From NCBI GenBank assembly GCA_000182565.2, contig KQ257457.1: 64,000 nt of DNA; one strand, written 5' to 3'. Source of the DNA: Spizellomyces punctatus DAOM BR117. Taxonomy: Eukaryota. The notes below the pieces were generated by a model. That model was given only the letters and a program-made list of their open reading frames with translations. It was not told the origin of the DNA and did no database searches. The translations under genes and the position numbers were made by a program. The first letter of the stretch is position 1. The number at the start of each line of letters is the position of its first letter. Positions 43,534-54,974 of this stretch are shown one piece after another.

Positions 43534-44001
43534 GCTGTGGATGTGAGTTTCAAGGTGCAAAGGAGGGCGAGAATAGGACGAGGTGTCGTTGCTCGCAGTT
43601 TGTAAACCCCGCTGATCGTTGATACAGTGACGTTGAGAGCTCACTGACGAGCAATGGCAACGCGCGCAAAAGAAAGCTCGGTAGCCCCTATTGATGCTTA
43701 CGCTTGTGCCCTCTAACGTATCCCATCGCCCGTCAGAAGGGAGGAAATCCGGTGGTTGAACACAGCGTTGGGTAACTTGCGAAGCGGTCCACATCTTGCC
43801 TTGTGCACGTGATAATGTGGCATTGTTCACATAGGCCTCCCTACCTGGACTTTCGGCAGAAGGTATTGTGTAAATAATACTGCAGTGATGACAACAACAG
43901 CGCTGTTAATAGGGGTAGCTCTACATTGACGGATAGGAGAAAGCTCTGCACCGTGGTGGGTAGCCTCTAGTTGAGCTCACAATGGGGTTGAATATATCTT
44001 A

Positions 44002-44074
44002 TAGTGTAGAGGTGACAGAAACTGGCACTAGCTACTACACCAGGGAATAAACCGGCGACAACCGGTTCGGAAAA
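44002..44074 (-). ncRNA. Fanzor omegaRNA-like scaffold (stand-alone, ghost-type locus); predicted guide continues into about 43987-44001
   Basis: Minus strand reads TTTTCCGAACCGGTTGTCGCCGGTTTATTCCCTGGTGTAGTAGCTAGTGCCAGTTTCTGTCACCTCTACACTA. It closely parallels the SpuFz1 omegaRNA as recalled (TTTTCCG..CCGGTTGTCG..CGGTT..TCCCTGGTG...GCTAGTGCCA...CACTA). Stems AACCGG/CCGGTT and TGGTGTAG/CTACACTA are directly visible. Confidence 0.75.
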
Positions 44075-44083
44075 GCTAACTAA

Positions 44084-44590
44084 CTAAGCTACTACTAGGC
44101 AATTATACACGCAATACGTAACGGTTGGTTTTAACCGGATAACTGCCCACCACCACACGCGGTCGCCTTGATCCAGAACTCTTGATGGCATTGAAGCCAG
44201 ACTCTTGCATCCAGGAGCGAATCGACTGGGCAGCGTCACAAGCTGGAGGATTTTCAGTGACAAGGCTTGGAGACTAAAACTGCATGTCAGAAGATGACCT
44301 GATGACAAGAAATGCAAGAAATGCCATCGATACATACCAACCAAGCTCAACTAATGTGGCAGCATAATAGTAGGTTTTGTTATCGGATCCGATTGGTTGC
44401 CACTGGTTCTGATCACGGTTGCTGTCGGGCGGTCGAGGTCTTCGGCACCACCACATCTGCATGCTCATGGGTGACCGAGTTGCAATGAGGTTGCAATGTG
44501 GGTCGCAATGAGCATTTGTGCAGATGGAGAGTCAAGGATGGGTAAAGAGGAAAGAGGGAAGAGGCAGCAAAAGGCCCCCTTTTATAGACC
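44084..44590 (-). other. Putative short spliced Pol II transcription unit directly upstream of the omegaRNA-like scaffold
   Basis: TATAAAA at about 44580-44586, a pyrimidine-rich leader, and a GTATGT...CTGAC...TAG intron (44337-44274). Splicing joins two short ORFs into one of about 106 aa that ends 10 nt before the scaffold. Confidence 0.45.
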
Positions 44591-45224
44591 TTCGGCATGC
44601 GCCTCACCGCAGTTTAAAAAAAAAACATTACATGCATGCCACACTGCAGTTTGGAGAACATTAGCATGCATCCTTACCGCTTTGAGCGATAGATGGGGGT
44701 GCTGATTATGCGATATGATTAACCAGATTATCCGGATAATAATGGGTCTTAGTGCCATTTTCACCCGCGCAAAAGGCCATATTTACATGAAAAAGGTTTG
44801 TGTGAATACACAATGAATTGTGGTGTGCTACGATTGTGAGAGCCTGAACAAAGAACTGGAGCAGTGTATTCTCTTGTCATCAGATTTAGACATAGGCCAA
44901 CTGTCCAATTTCGCCTCGGGTATCAACAAGTTTATATTCCGTTGCAGATCCACTTCTATTTACACCTTTTACAAGGAAGGCACGGAACAAAACGTATACA
45001 GGTGAATGAATATGATGTGTAAGACTTTAACGCTCGCAAACCCCATGGTCTTGTCCAGACAACTGCGGGCGCACTGCTGGAGATTAATCAAGGAACAACC
45101 GTGCTCGTCGCACGGAAATTCTCCACAGGTGTAGTGCCACCAATGGTATTACCATCGCTCATAAGAGCGAGTCCTATCCGGAAAGCAGGCAAACTTGGTC
45201 CATATATACGCCGGCACACAACAC

Positions 45225-48200
45225 TCAGTCCAACTTGTTTACGTGTATTCCTCCCCGTGTATAGGGATGGTCCAACGACCAAATATTGCACCGCGAGATA
45301 CTGACCAGACGATGCGTCGAGTTATTGAACGGAACGGGTTGATCTCCTCCTTCCATACCTGCGCAATCCACACCATCTGCTGGTAAAGGGATAGAAATTG
45401 GGGTAGTTGTCAATGTCCTCAAGGTCTCAAAAAACTGCGCGGCGTCATCGGCAAATCTCGAACAATAGACGTGGTCCAGCCGACGAAACCGTTCACTCAC
45501 GGACCACGTCTCTACTGGAAAATCCGGTAATAAGCTTTTCAAAACATCTGGGCTCTTGGTCTCGCCGTTGGAAATCTCCTCTCCAGGTATAGGAATCATC
45601 GTAATTTGCTGACCACGGACGGGTATTTTGCCTCCGGCAGATGGAGACTCTACAATGGGGAGTACGGCGGTCTGCCTTGTAGTAGAGGCATCCTTTATAG
45701 CTGCAGCTGCGATTAGAACCTCGCAAGTACTGCCGCGGACTACCTCACCGCCCCCCACCCCTTCCCCCTGTTGATTACAGGGAAAAGACATGTTTTGTTC
45801 GACCAGTTGCCCAGCGTCATCCTTAACATTGGTAGACTGGTGAGATCTTGGCACTAATTTGGTCATCGCCAGTCCATCGCTTACATCGAGGGAGCCGTCC
45901 ACCTTTTCCACCGGTATCTTCACACTAGCATTTGAGCATCTCCGTTTGCTGCTTCGCTCCTCTCCGGGCTGTTCACTTGAATCCCGCTGCCGTTTATATG
46001 AACTGCTGGTCATTTCATTTACATTAGGTTCCATAGCCAATTCGGCCGTCAACGACAGTTTCGACTCTTTCTCAAAAGTAGAGTAGCTTGCAGCACTTGA
46101 AAATGAATCTCTGCGACTGTCCCCGCGACTTTGACTGCCGACTCCGGGTGACCGGCTCCGGCTCCGACGTGCTGCGTGCTGATAGCGGCGGTCGTGTGAA
46201 CGGTCACGAGAACCACTACGGCTGCGAGAACCTTCCCGAGACCTCGCGCGTCTGGCCCGGTCTCTATATGTATAGGAATTGCGCTCCCTGGATCGACTGT
46301 GCTCATAGCTATGGCGACGCCGAGTTCTGCTCCAACTTCTGTCTCTACTATGGTCGCGCCTATCACCCCGTCTCCGGTCCCGATCGCGCCCGCGGTCTCT
46401 TTCCCAGTCTTTCCTACGGTCGTGGACCTTCCCTTGTCCCTTGTCGGCGTCGTAATGAGTGTCACCGTCCGCGCTGTGCCGCTCGGCGTCGGCAATGCCA
46501 ATCAACTCACGGGAAGGTTCCATTTTTCTCACTGTTTCACCAACGGCATCGGACGAACGCCTCACGCGGCTCCTATCCCCGTACCCGTACATATCGTTGG
46601 ATTGTGCGGCATTTTCAGTTGCTAGTACCTCACGAATACTGTAAGGCTCCTTGAAAACAGCTTGTATCAGGACGTCATGGGAGCGGACATCTCGATCGCT
46701 CACTGATGATATATCAGAATAATGCGACCGCTTCATCGACAAGCCACTAAGGCCCACCGTGTGCGCTACATCGGATCCAATCTCAGAGTGCGTCTGGGTA
46801 TCATCTGTGTGGCTGCGATTCGCTGTTGAGTCGACGGGCCCGGGTATAGGACGTCTGTCCCCCTTAAAGGTTTCCTGGGATTTGCGCAAAAATCTGCCCG
46901 ATGAGACAATGCTGCTTTCAGTACTACCGATGTCATTCTCATCTCTACGCCTCAATCGATCGGAGCCGGGTGCTTCTGGATCGGGAGGTTGAGATGCATC
47001 ATGGCGGCTTGAAACATCGCTCCAAGCTGGAACAGAGGTCGACTGTCCTGGGTGCCGGGCGTCCCCATTGACTCCTCTAGAAGAACGCGCATATAGCGGT
47101 GACTCTCGCGGAGGGGCCCAGTAGGTTCGTTGGCGGTCTCCGTGAGCTCCATATGGGTGGTACTTCTCAAAATTGTCATATGCCCGACGTGGTGTGTTGT
47201 ACCGGACGTCATGTCCGGGATGAGCCCGCCCGTCGCCAAAGTGTGGTGCAGTCCACGAATGATTCGAATAGTGTCGTCGGTCAAACTCATGGAGGGGTAC
47301 CCACCTGTCTTGGTCCCAAAGACTATCAGATATAGGGTCCCACCAAGTTTGACGTGGTTCATCCCAGACACTCCGGTCGTCTGCAGCTCCTACGTCGGCG
47401 GAGGAAGGGTCACGTCCTGTCACAGCCGCTGAGGACTGGGAATCTTGTGTAGAGTCCATTCCGGATTTTGAAGCGGTTGGTGCCGACTTTGCACCGGTCA
47501 CAAGAAAATTGGTCTCCGACTTTCTACCTCCTTTTTGCTGCTTTATTCTCTCCTTGCATTCATATTCATGCCATGATCCTTCTACGACTGGTAAACTATA
47601 GAGAATACTCAGCATACCCGATAGAACATAAAATACCAAGATAACTCACTCCTTTGGAAGGCATGGGGTCGGTGTCTCTGTTTTGAAGAATGGATGATCC
47701 AACGCCTCCTTCGCGCTCGGTCTCTGCGATGGATCATAGGAGAGAAGGCGGGAGATGAGATCCACAGCCATTGGTGTAACCGGAGTGACGGCTCTAACAG
47801 ACATTATGAACTGTTAGCGACCAGTAACATCGCTGACAATGTGTTCAGCCTACTTTTCATTCAGATAGGTTTCCAGCCGCCTTGGATACTTTTGCTTTGG
47901 TTTCAACCACATCTTGGACCAACTGTGGTCCATTTTGCGATAAAGCTGCCAGTTCTCGTCCGTAGGATGACCACAAATGCTGAAGATGCGTTTCACTTGT
48001 TCGGTGTCCCGGCCCCGAGAGGTGTGGAAGATGGGATACTTTATAAACATCTCTGCAAGAATGCACCTATCGAGTGAAGAATAACTTGGTAATTAGTGCA
48101 CGCCCAAGATCTTTCAGAAAGAATCATACATACCCCGCACCCCACATATCAATTTCATATCCATAGTGCAACTGGCCGAGTAGCACCTCAAGAGGTCGAT

Positions 48201-50328
48201 ACCAGACGGTACACACGCGATTAGTATATCCTTTTTCATCATAAACATCCTTCTCCCTGGCAAAGCCAAAGTCCGCAATTTTCAACTCTCCGCGATTATT
48301 CAACAGAAGATTCCCCACTGACGATACAAAAATGAATGCAAAGAGAATAAGGCAGCCGAGTTGAGAACAATATCGTCTTCTGCGAGACTAGCGAAAACTA
48401 ACCTTTCAGGTCCCGGTGCATGACGCCTTTAGAATGCATATAATGCATTCCTTCGAACATTTGCTTTGCTATGCATTTCAAATGATTGAGTTTATACAGT
48501 TGCTTGTCGGGATGGTGCTGCATAAGGCCAGCAAGGTCATGATCCATGTATTCCAGAATCATATACTCATGCACCTCCTGTCCGAATGCTTGTGCTGTAA
48601 TAATCGGATTACTAAGACAATCTACCGTGTTGGCGACTAGAGAGCTTGTCCTTGATGCGATCCTCACTTACGCTTATCATATGATACCATCCCAATACAT
48701 TGGAGGATATTCCGGTGTCGATATTTCATGAGAAACCGAAACTCTCGCATGTTGGGCACAGTGAACTTGCGGACGGGATGAGTTTTGATAAGCATATTGA
48801 GGAACAAAAGGACAGTTGCTCCGATCAGACTCACGATATTATTCTTTCCTTTCTTGTCGATAATTTGTTTAAGTGCCACAATTTGACCGTTATGTTTGAT
48901 TCGTGCCTTGAATACAGTGCTGCAAATTGTATGTGCAATTTTTGGGGCGTCAAGCGGATGAATGGATCCAAGTTCGGACAATAACCAACATACCCAAAAG
49001 TCCCCTGGCCAATCTGCTCCAGGTTTTGAAAATGTGCTTCAATGCTTCGGTAAATTTTGAATTTGTCGAATTTAGGAGGGCTTTTCAAATCCCTCGGGAC
49101 GGCATTTGGCTGTCTCTCTTTGACCACTGCCGCGTTAACCTTGCGTAGCTCCTTTCCTGCCGATGAACGACCAGTAAGTAGGGTAGTCTGTGTGGATACC
49201 AGTAGGTCATGCTCCGGAGATTGGCGAGAAATAGAGGCCGCTTCCGATGTGGCACCATGTTGCGCTACAGACCCAGGCGACTTTTTTTCTTCAAAAGATC
49301 TCTTCCTGATGGCCTGACTCCTGAGTCTCTCGTGCTTCCCGCCCGGATGAGTAGACTCAATTTGTGTATTGGACGAAACAGATTGGCGAGCAGATGGTAA
49401 TGAATCGGCCATTCCAATGATTGGCCCATTCGCAGATGGTGATGGTCGCGGCGGCTCTACATCCTCATGAGGAGCCAGCTGATCGTCGTAATGTGACAAT
49501 AACACCCCTGATAGAGGGACGCTCGCTCCTGATTCAGTATTGCTCTCCCGTTTTGAGGTTTCCAACCCTGATGACCGCGATACCCTTCCTGATCCTGCTA
49601 CGGAGGACAGAAATGGGGTACTCTTGGCGCCCATTTTTGGCTGGCTATCGCCTGAGCGCGATGTCTCTGCTTCCAATTGTGACAAAGTAATCCTCTTGTG
49701 AGCTCGACTCCGTCCAGGCGTTGCACCGATTGCAAAAGAGAGCTTCTTTGATTTCTCCGTGGCCTTCACGTTAGTCTCGGAGACATTTTTGGCGCTGCCC
49801 AACGGCTGTTTCACTGTGGGGCGAGGGCTTGTTGAGTTGGGATCTACATCCATATTCTGGATATCGTCATAATGAGTGACATGCACTGGCAGCACATGAT
49901 CGGGAGTGTCGCTGCTTTTGAACTCTAATCCATTTGCTGTTTTAATTGATGGATTGTTGAAGAATAATCACGAAAAAACAAAATGCAGCAGGCATAGTGA
50001 ACGAACCAGCCTCCTTCTCTTGGCCCGAAACCATTATGATTTGATTTGTGGCTCGCTGTTGTGACTGAGACGATTGGAGAGGAATTGTCCCTTCAACGAG
50101 ACACGATCCGCTCCGTCCTTCTTCGTCCATTGGGAGATCCTGCACAGATGTATCACTTCCATTTGGATCCCGGGAGTGCAGAGTACGAGTACTCCTTTCC
50201 AAGCCCTTCAGTCCTTCGGCATTCGCAACTTCGGGCGCTGTAGGCTGTACAGGATGAGGAGTAGGGTGCTCAAAATGAATTTCTGCAGGGACCAGTGTCT
50301 CAAGGTCTTCGGGATAGACGCCTGCCAT
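45225..50328 (-). CDS. Transcriptional cyclin-dependent kinase (CTK1/CDK12-like) with a long RS-rich C-terminal tail, multi-exon; start uncertain
   Basis: [67 protein letters not shown] dipeptide tract at about 46150-46400. Confidence 0.85.
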
Positions 50329-50718
50329 AATGAGCACACTAAAAATAATAAAGCTCTCTGCCTCAGTATCGTCCTAAACTGTCCAGAGAAGTAGAGCTCT
50401 GCAGGAACTTTGCCCCTACCTCGCAAGACAACAGAACTTATAGCCCTAGATAAGAGCGAAATCCGACGACGTCCAATAAGGCAAGTAAGGTAACATCTAC
50501 TTCGTTCCCATGGAATCGATGACGAGTTCTGATTGGTGAAGCGTCCAGTGCGTGGACAGCGATGCCAGTGTGCAAAAGTAAACCTGTCAGATGGTGAGCG
50601 TCAAGGACGTGTCACATGAGATGCGGCGCAGTGGTGACTAAGCACCTAAGCGTTTTCTCCCTCATATGAAGAGTTACGTTGCAGAGATCTTGGACAAGGC
50701 CAAGTCATTTTTTGCACA

Positions 50719-51603
50719 ATGCCGTCCGTAGAAGAGGAACAATATGAGGCTCCTGGATCTCCCGTACCGAATGGCTTTGGGATACCCTCACCTGCCGCCC
50801 CTTGCCCACCTAACCGACCAGAGGATGTGAGTTATCATTGATTTGTTTTTGCGGATAGTAAGCAGATCCGCTGACAGCCCAGACAGATTCATCGCATAGT
50901 CGAAACAGTAGATAGGTACGACCTTTTATGACTTTCTTGGTGTCATTACGCAGCTGAGATATGCTGACCTGAGAAACTTTCTAGATACAATCCGCAAAAT
51001 ATCCCCGTTCTGGAAAGTTATGTGGAGGAGCAAATGGAACGTGACGTTTACGACCGCGATGCGTGCCTCGCTGTTTTGAAACTTTACCAGTTCAATCCAA
51101 CATTCAACAACATCGAAGTAGTGACCAACATTCTTGGTCTTGCACTTGGCGCTCTGCCCGACCCAGACTTCAACTTATGTCTTTACATGCTGAACGAAGA
51201 TATACTCACCGACAATAGCGTAGAAAAACTTATACACTTGCATCATTTGTTGGAGCAAGCAAAGTTCCAAGAGTTTTGGGCGTATCTAAACACAACGGAA
51301 GGCGCGCGAGACCTAGTGGCAAAGTACTTACATTTCGATCGAAGGATTCGAGAGTATGCATCTGTCACTGTTGGGATTGCCTACCAAGCGATTGAGAAAG
51401 AAAGGCTCGGCGAATATCTGGCGTTGGAAGGAGTGGATCTTGACCAATGGATTGCGGAAAAGGGATGGAATGTGGACAAAGACTCGAAGCTTGTCAACCT
51501 ACCAATCAGCAAGGAGAACCAAGCGAGACCAGTGATTGTGCAGGAGAGTATCAAGTTCGAACAGCTTACCAAGATTATCGGCTATGGGCGACTCACGCAA
51601 TAG
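50719..51603 (+). CDS. EIF3K: Translation initiation factor 3 subunit K, 3 exons
   Basis: RPE...VDRYNPQNIPVLESYVEEQ...YDRDACLAVLKLYQFNP...LGALPDPDFNLCL; ESIKFEQLTKII. Confidence 0.92.
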
Positions 51604-51859
51604 GGTGGCAGCCCTGTCTGAAGTGCATTTGTATAGACCCCTTTTCAATAGTCTATGTATAGTAGGGTAGCGAGGCTGACGACACTAAATTCCGGGACAG
51701 CACGTAAAGCAGTTGCTAAAGGAGCTTCACAAGCACGGGCCTGACTTTGAAAACAAGAATGTTTCTGGCGGGGAATCAGGCAAACCATTACATCTTGTTA
51801 GAGCAGGAAAGCGTAACTACAGTCATTGCACATCGCGTAAAGTCGCAGAGAAAAAGGTC

Positions 51860-52670
51860 CTAATCTTCGTCTTCCTCGTCATCGGGGCCAAACTGCGTGT
51901 AATCGATCTTCTTCCCGCGAGTACGACGGCCACCTTGTATAATGTTGCTGGTGTCCAGGAAGTCCATTTCGGCCCCTGCGGCGACTGTGATTAAAAAAAA
52001 AACCAACAACAGAAAGCCATAATGGTGCCCCTTGCAGTACATACCTAGATCGTCGTCACTCTCATCATTACCAACATCCCCCTCGTCATCGTTGTCAGCC
52101 TTCTTCTTTTTTTTGGGCGGTTCCTTAGATCTTCGGCTTGGCAATGAGCCCTTTTCCTTCATTTTTGTGACGCTTTTCTTTTTAGGACGTGTCTCCATTT
52201 CCTCTTCGCTGGTATCTTCAGATTGTTCGGATCCAGATCCTTCCTCTGCACACCGACAAACTTGCATAAGACCTCGTCTCATATACAATGGAGCTGTCAT
52301 TGAGCAGGATACTCACGCTCAATATCTTCATCGTCTACAATAAATCCGTCACCTTGGTCATATTCGTCGAGGTTCTTGCGTTTGCTTAGTTCTCTCTCCT
52401 TCTTCTCGAATTCCTCCTCCCGTAATGTTGCTGTTTTCTCGGACCCCCGAGAGATTTTTGTTTGCGGTTTTGATGCCACAGAAGACTTCGGCTTTGACTT
52501 CCTTTACACGTGAAGCAGGCGCCAAGTAAAATGAGATCAAACGGTCGGTTAAGTGTGGCAATTTGGATTTCGAGATCTAGTTCAATCGCGCCTTACGTGC
52601 TGACTTCATCCTCAGCTTCAGCCTTGCGCTTCGCTGCAAGAGCAGCGAGCTTGCTCTTATTATCTGTCAT
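51860..52670 (-). CDS. CHZ-domain histone chaperone (Chz1-like), multi-exon
   Basis: Acidic/basic protein ending in LDTSNIIQGGRRTRGKKIDY (CHZ motif). Confidence 0.75.
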
Positions 52671-52815
52671 CTTGGCTGGTCGTGGTGGTTAGATTGGGGG
52701 TGATGTCCGAGGGATGCAAACCCCCCTTCAAGAGCAAATGGCGCACGTGATCTGACAGTCCACAGCAATCCCAACCCGAACTGCCTGTGGGGAATGCCGT
52801 TCACTCAAGTACGAT

Positions 52816-54810
52816 ATGCTCTCCGCACGGCAAAACGTGCCAAAGGCGCTAACCGTAGCTGGTTCAGATTCCGGCGGAGGTGCCGGAATTCAAGCCGATC
52901 TTAAGACTTTCAACACCTTATCAGTGTATGGTGCTTCCGTTTTAACTGCCATCACAGCACAAAATACAGTTGGAGTACAAGGAATATATGCTCTTCCTGT
53001 CGACTTTGTGGAGCAGCAAATGGAAAGTGTCTTGGACGACATAACGTTCGACGCAGTCAAGACCGGTACGTATGTTGAATTTATGGATAACTGGGGAACG
53101 AGGTTTAAACATGGGCTTCCCGAGATGTCCAGGAATGCTGCTGAACGCTGAGATCATCGAAAATGTTTCCAGACTGTTTAAATCCCGTTCCATAAATCAT
53201 CTGGTTGTTGACCCTGTAATGGTCTCTACATCCGGTTCTCGCCTCCTTGCCGAAAATGCTATATTTGCGCTTCGCAAGCATCTCCTGCCCCTCGCTGAAA
53301 TTGTAACTCCGAATATTTCGGAAGCTGAGGTTCTAGCCGAAATGAAGATAAAATCTCTTATGGATGCGCGTGACGCCGCAAGGAAGCTGCATACTTTAGG
53401 ATGTAAAAATGTGCTGGTGAAAGGGGGCCATATGCCGGTTGATGGCAGAGGCAACCCTGTCGATGTTCAGCTGGCTGATGGAAATTCATGGGTAGTGGAC
53501 ACTCTCTTCGATGGTGACGAATTTGTGGAATTCCGAAATCGGTTTGTCGCGACCGAAAACACTCATGGAACTGGCTGCACATTGTCTGCAGCCATCACGG
53601 CGGGGCTGGCAAAGGGACTCAAAGGTGAGATGGCCATTGTGAACGCGTCGAATGATACACCGCTTCTCATACAGGGACTTTCCGTTCCGTTTAAGTGAGA
53701 GACTCCGTGGAGAAAGCGATGCTCTGTGTTTCTAAAGGTCTTGCGTCCAGTTTCTCCATCGGGAAGGGGGGTGGGCCTCTCAATCACTTTCCACCTGTGA
53801 TGAATCTCTCAAGTGAACCATCTTACCGCGGTGGAAGCTTTGTTCAACTCCTCAAATCTGCTTACCCACAAGAATGGAGTGATTATGTCAACCATGAATT
53901 TGTTAGAAAGCTGGCGGATGGGAGTCTTCCAATCGAATGCTTCAAGCACTACATAAGGCAAGACTACATCTTCCTTCGACACTATGCTCGTGCCAATGCG
54001 CTGGCGAGCTACCGTGAGCATGACATGGACGACATTATCAAAGCCGCTCAAATAGTAACCTATATTGGAATGGAATGTCAAATGCATGTGAAGGTAAAGA
54101 GTATCAGGATACCCGAAATATTACTCATTGTCTAAAGCCGCTTAGTACTGTGCGGATTGGGGTATATCTGTAGATGACCTTGAGGCTACCCGGGAAGCGA
54201 CGCCAAATTTGGCATATACGCGATATGTACTGGATAGAGGTAAGCGGCCTGTGGTATGGGCCGTTATGGACCAACTCTCCAGAGTAAACAATCAATTCTC
54301 TGCACAGGAATGAGCGGCGATCGATTAGACTTGCGGGTCGCACTTGCGCCTTGCTTATTGGGTTACGGTGAGGTTGGCGTCCGTTTGGCGAATGACCCAG
54401 CGACAAAACGAGGTGGGTGTGAAGACTTGGCTCCTAGGACCACATACATCTGATGACTATGTCTCTAGAGGGCAATCCATACTGGACGTGGATTCAAAAT
54501 TACGCTAAAGATGAGTTCCAGGCTGCTGTTCGGGAAGGAGAAGGTGAGTGATACGCTGTGATGTTAATCAGTGCCGTACACAAGTGCTGTAATTGTTCTA
54601 ACTGACAAATTCAGAACTACTGGAAAAGTTGTTTGATGATATGGTCCCACCTACAAATCATCGACGCATCAAGCAGCTCTGCGACACATTCCGCCAAGCA
54701 ACCATTTTGGAGAGAAACTTTTGGGAAAGTACGTGCTTTGCTTTAAAATATGGTCTATGGGCTTCTTGCTGAATTGATTCGTTATAGTGGGCCTGTCTCT
54801 GGTTCCGTAA
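52816..54810 (+). CDS. THI20: Hydroxymethylpyrimidine(-phosphate) kinase / thiaminase II fusion (ThiD-TenA), multi-exon
   Basis: [43 protein letters not shown]; then TenA motifs [24 protein letters not shown] and LERNFWEMG. Confidence 0.95.
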
Positions 54811-54974
54811 ACACTTTAGCATAGAATAGTTACGATGTTGGTTATTTAGAAGTCGGCATCGGAGGTAGAAACCAACCCAATTGATGGTCCAAAAGAGATG
54901 GGCCTACGAGCAGTCCTCGACAGATAGCATTTAATTTTTTTCACGGTTAAAGCATTCGCAACAGAACAATGAAA

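Noticed and set aside
44795-44815. Left terminal inverted repeat of the ghost element (minus strand CATTGTGTA...)
   Set aside because: Only GTGTA matches the right end, and the flank is CATT rather than CATA; too weak to call.
53067-53133. TPP riboswitch in a THI20 intron
   Set aside because: No recognisable CUGAGA or other TPP aptamer core in this short intron.
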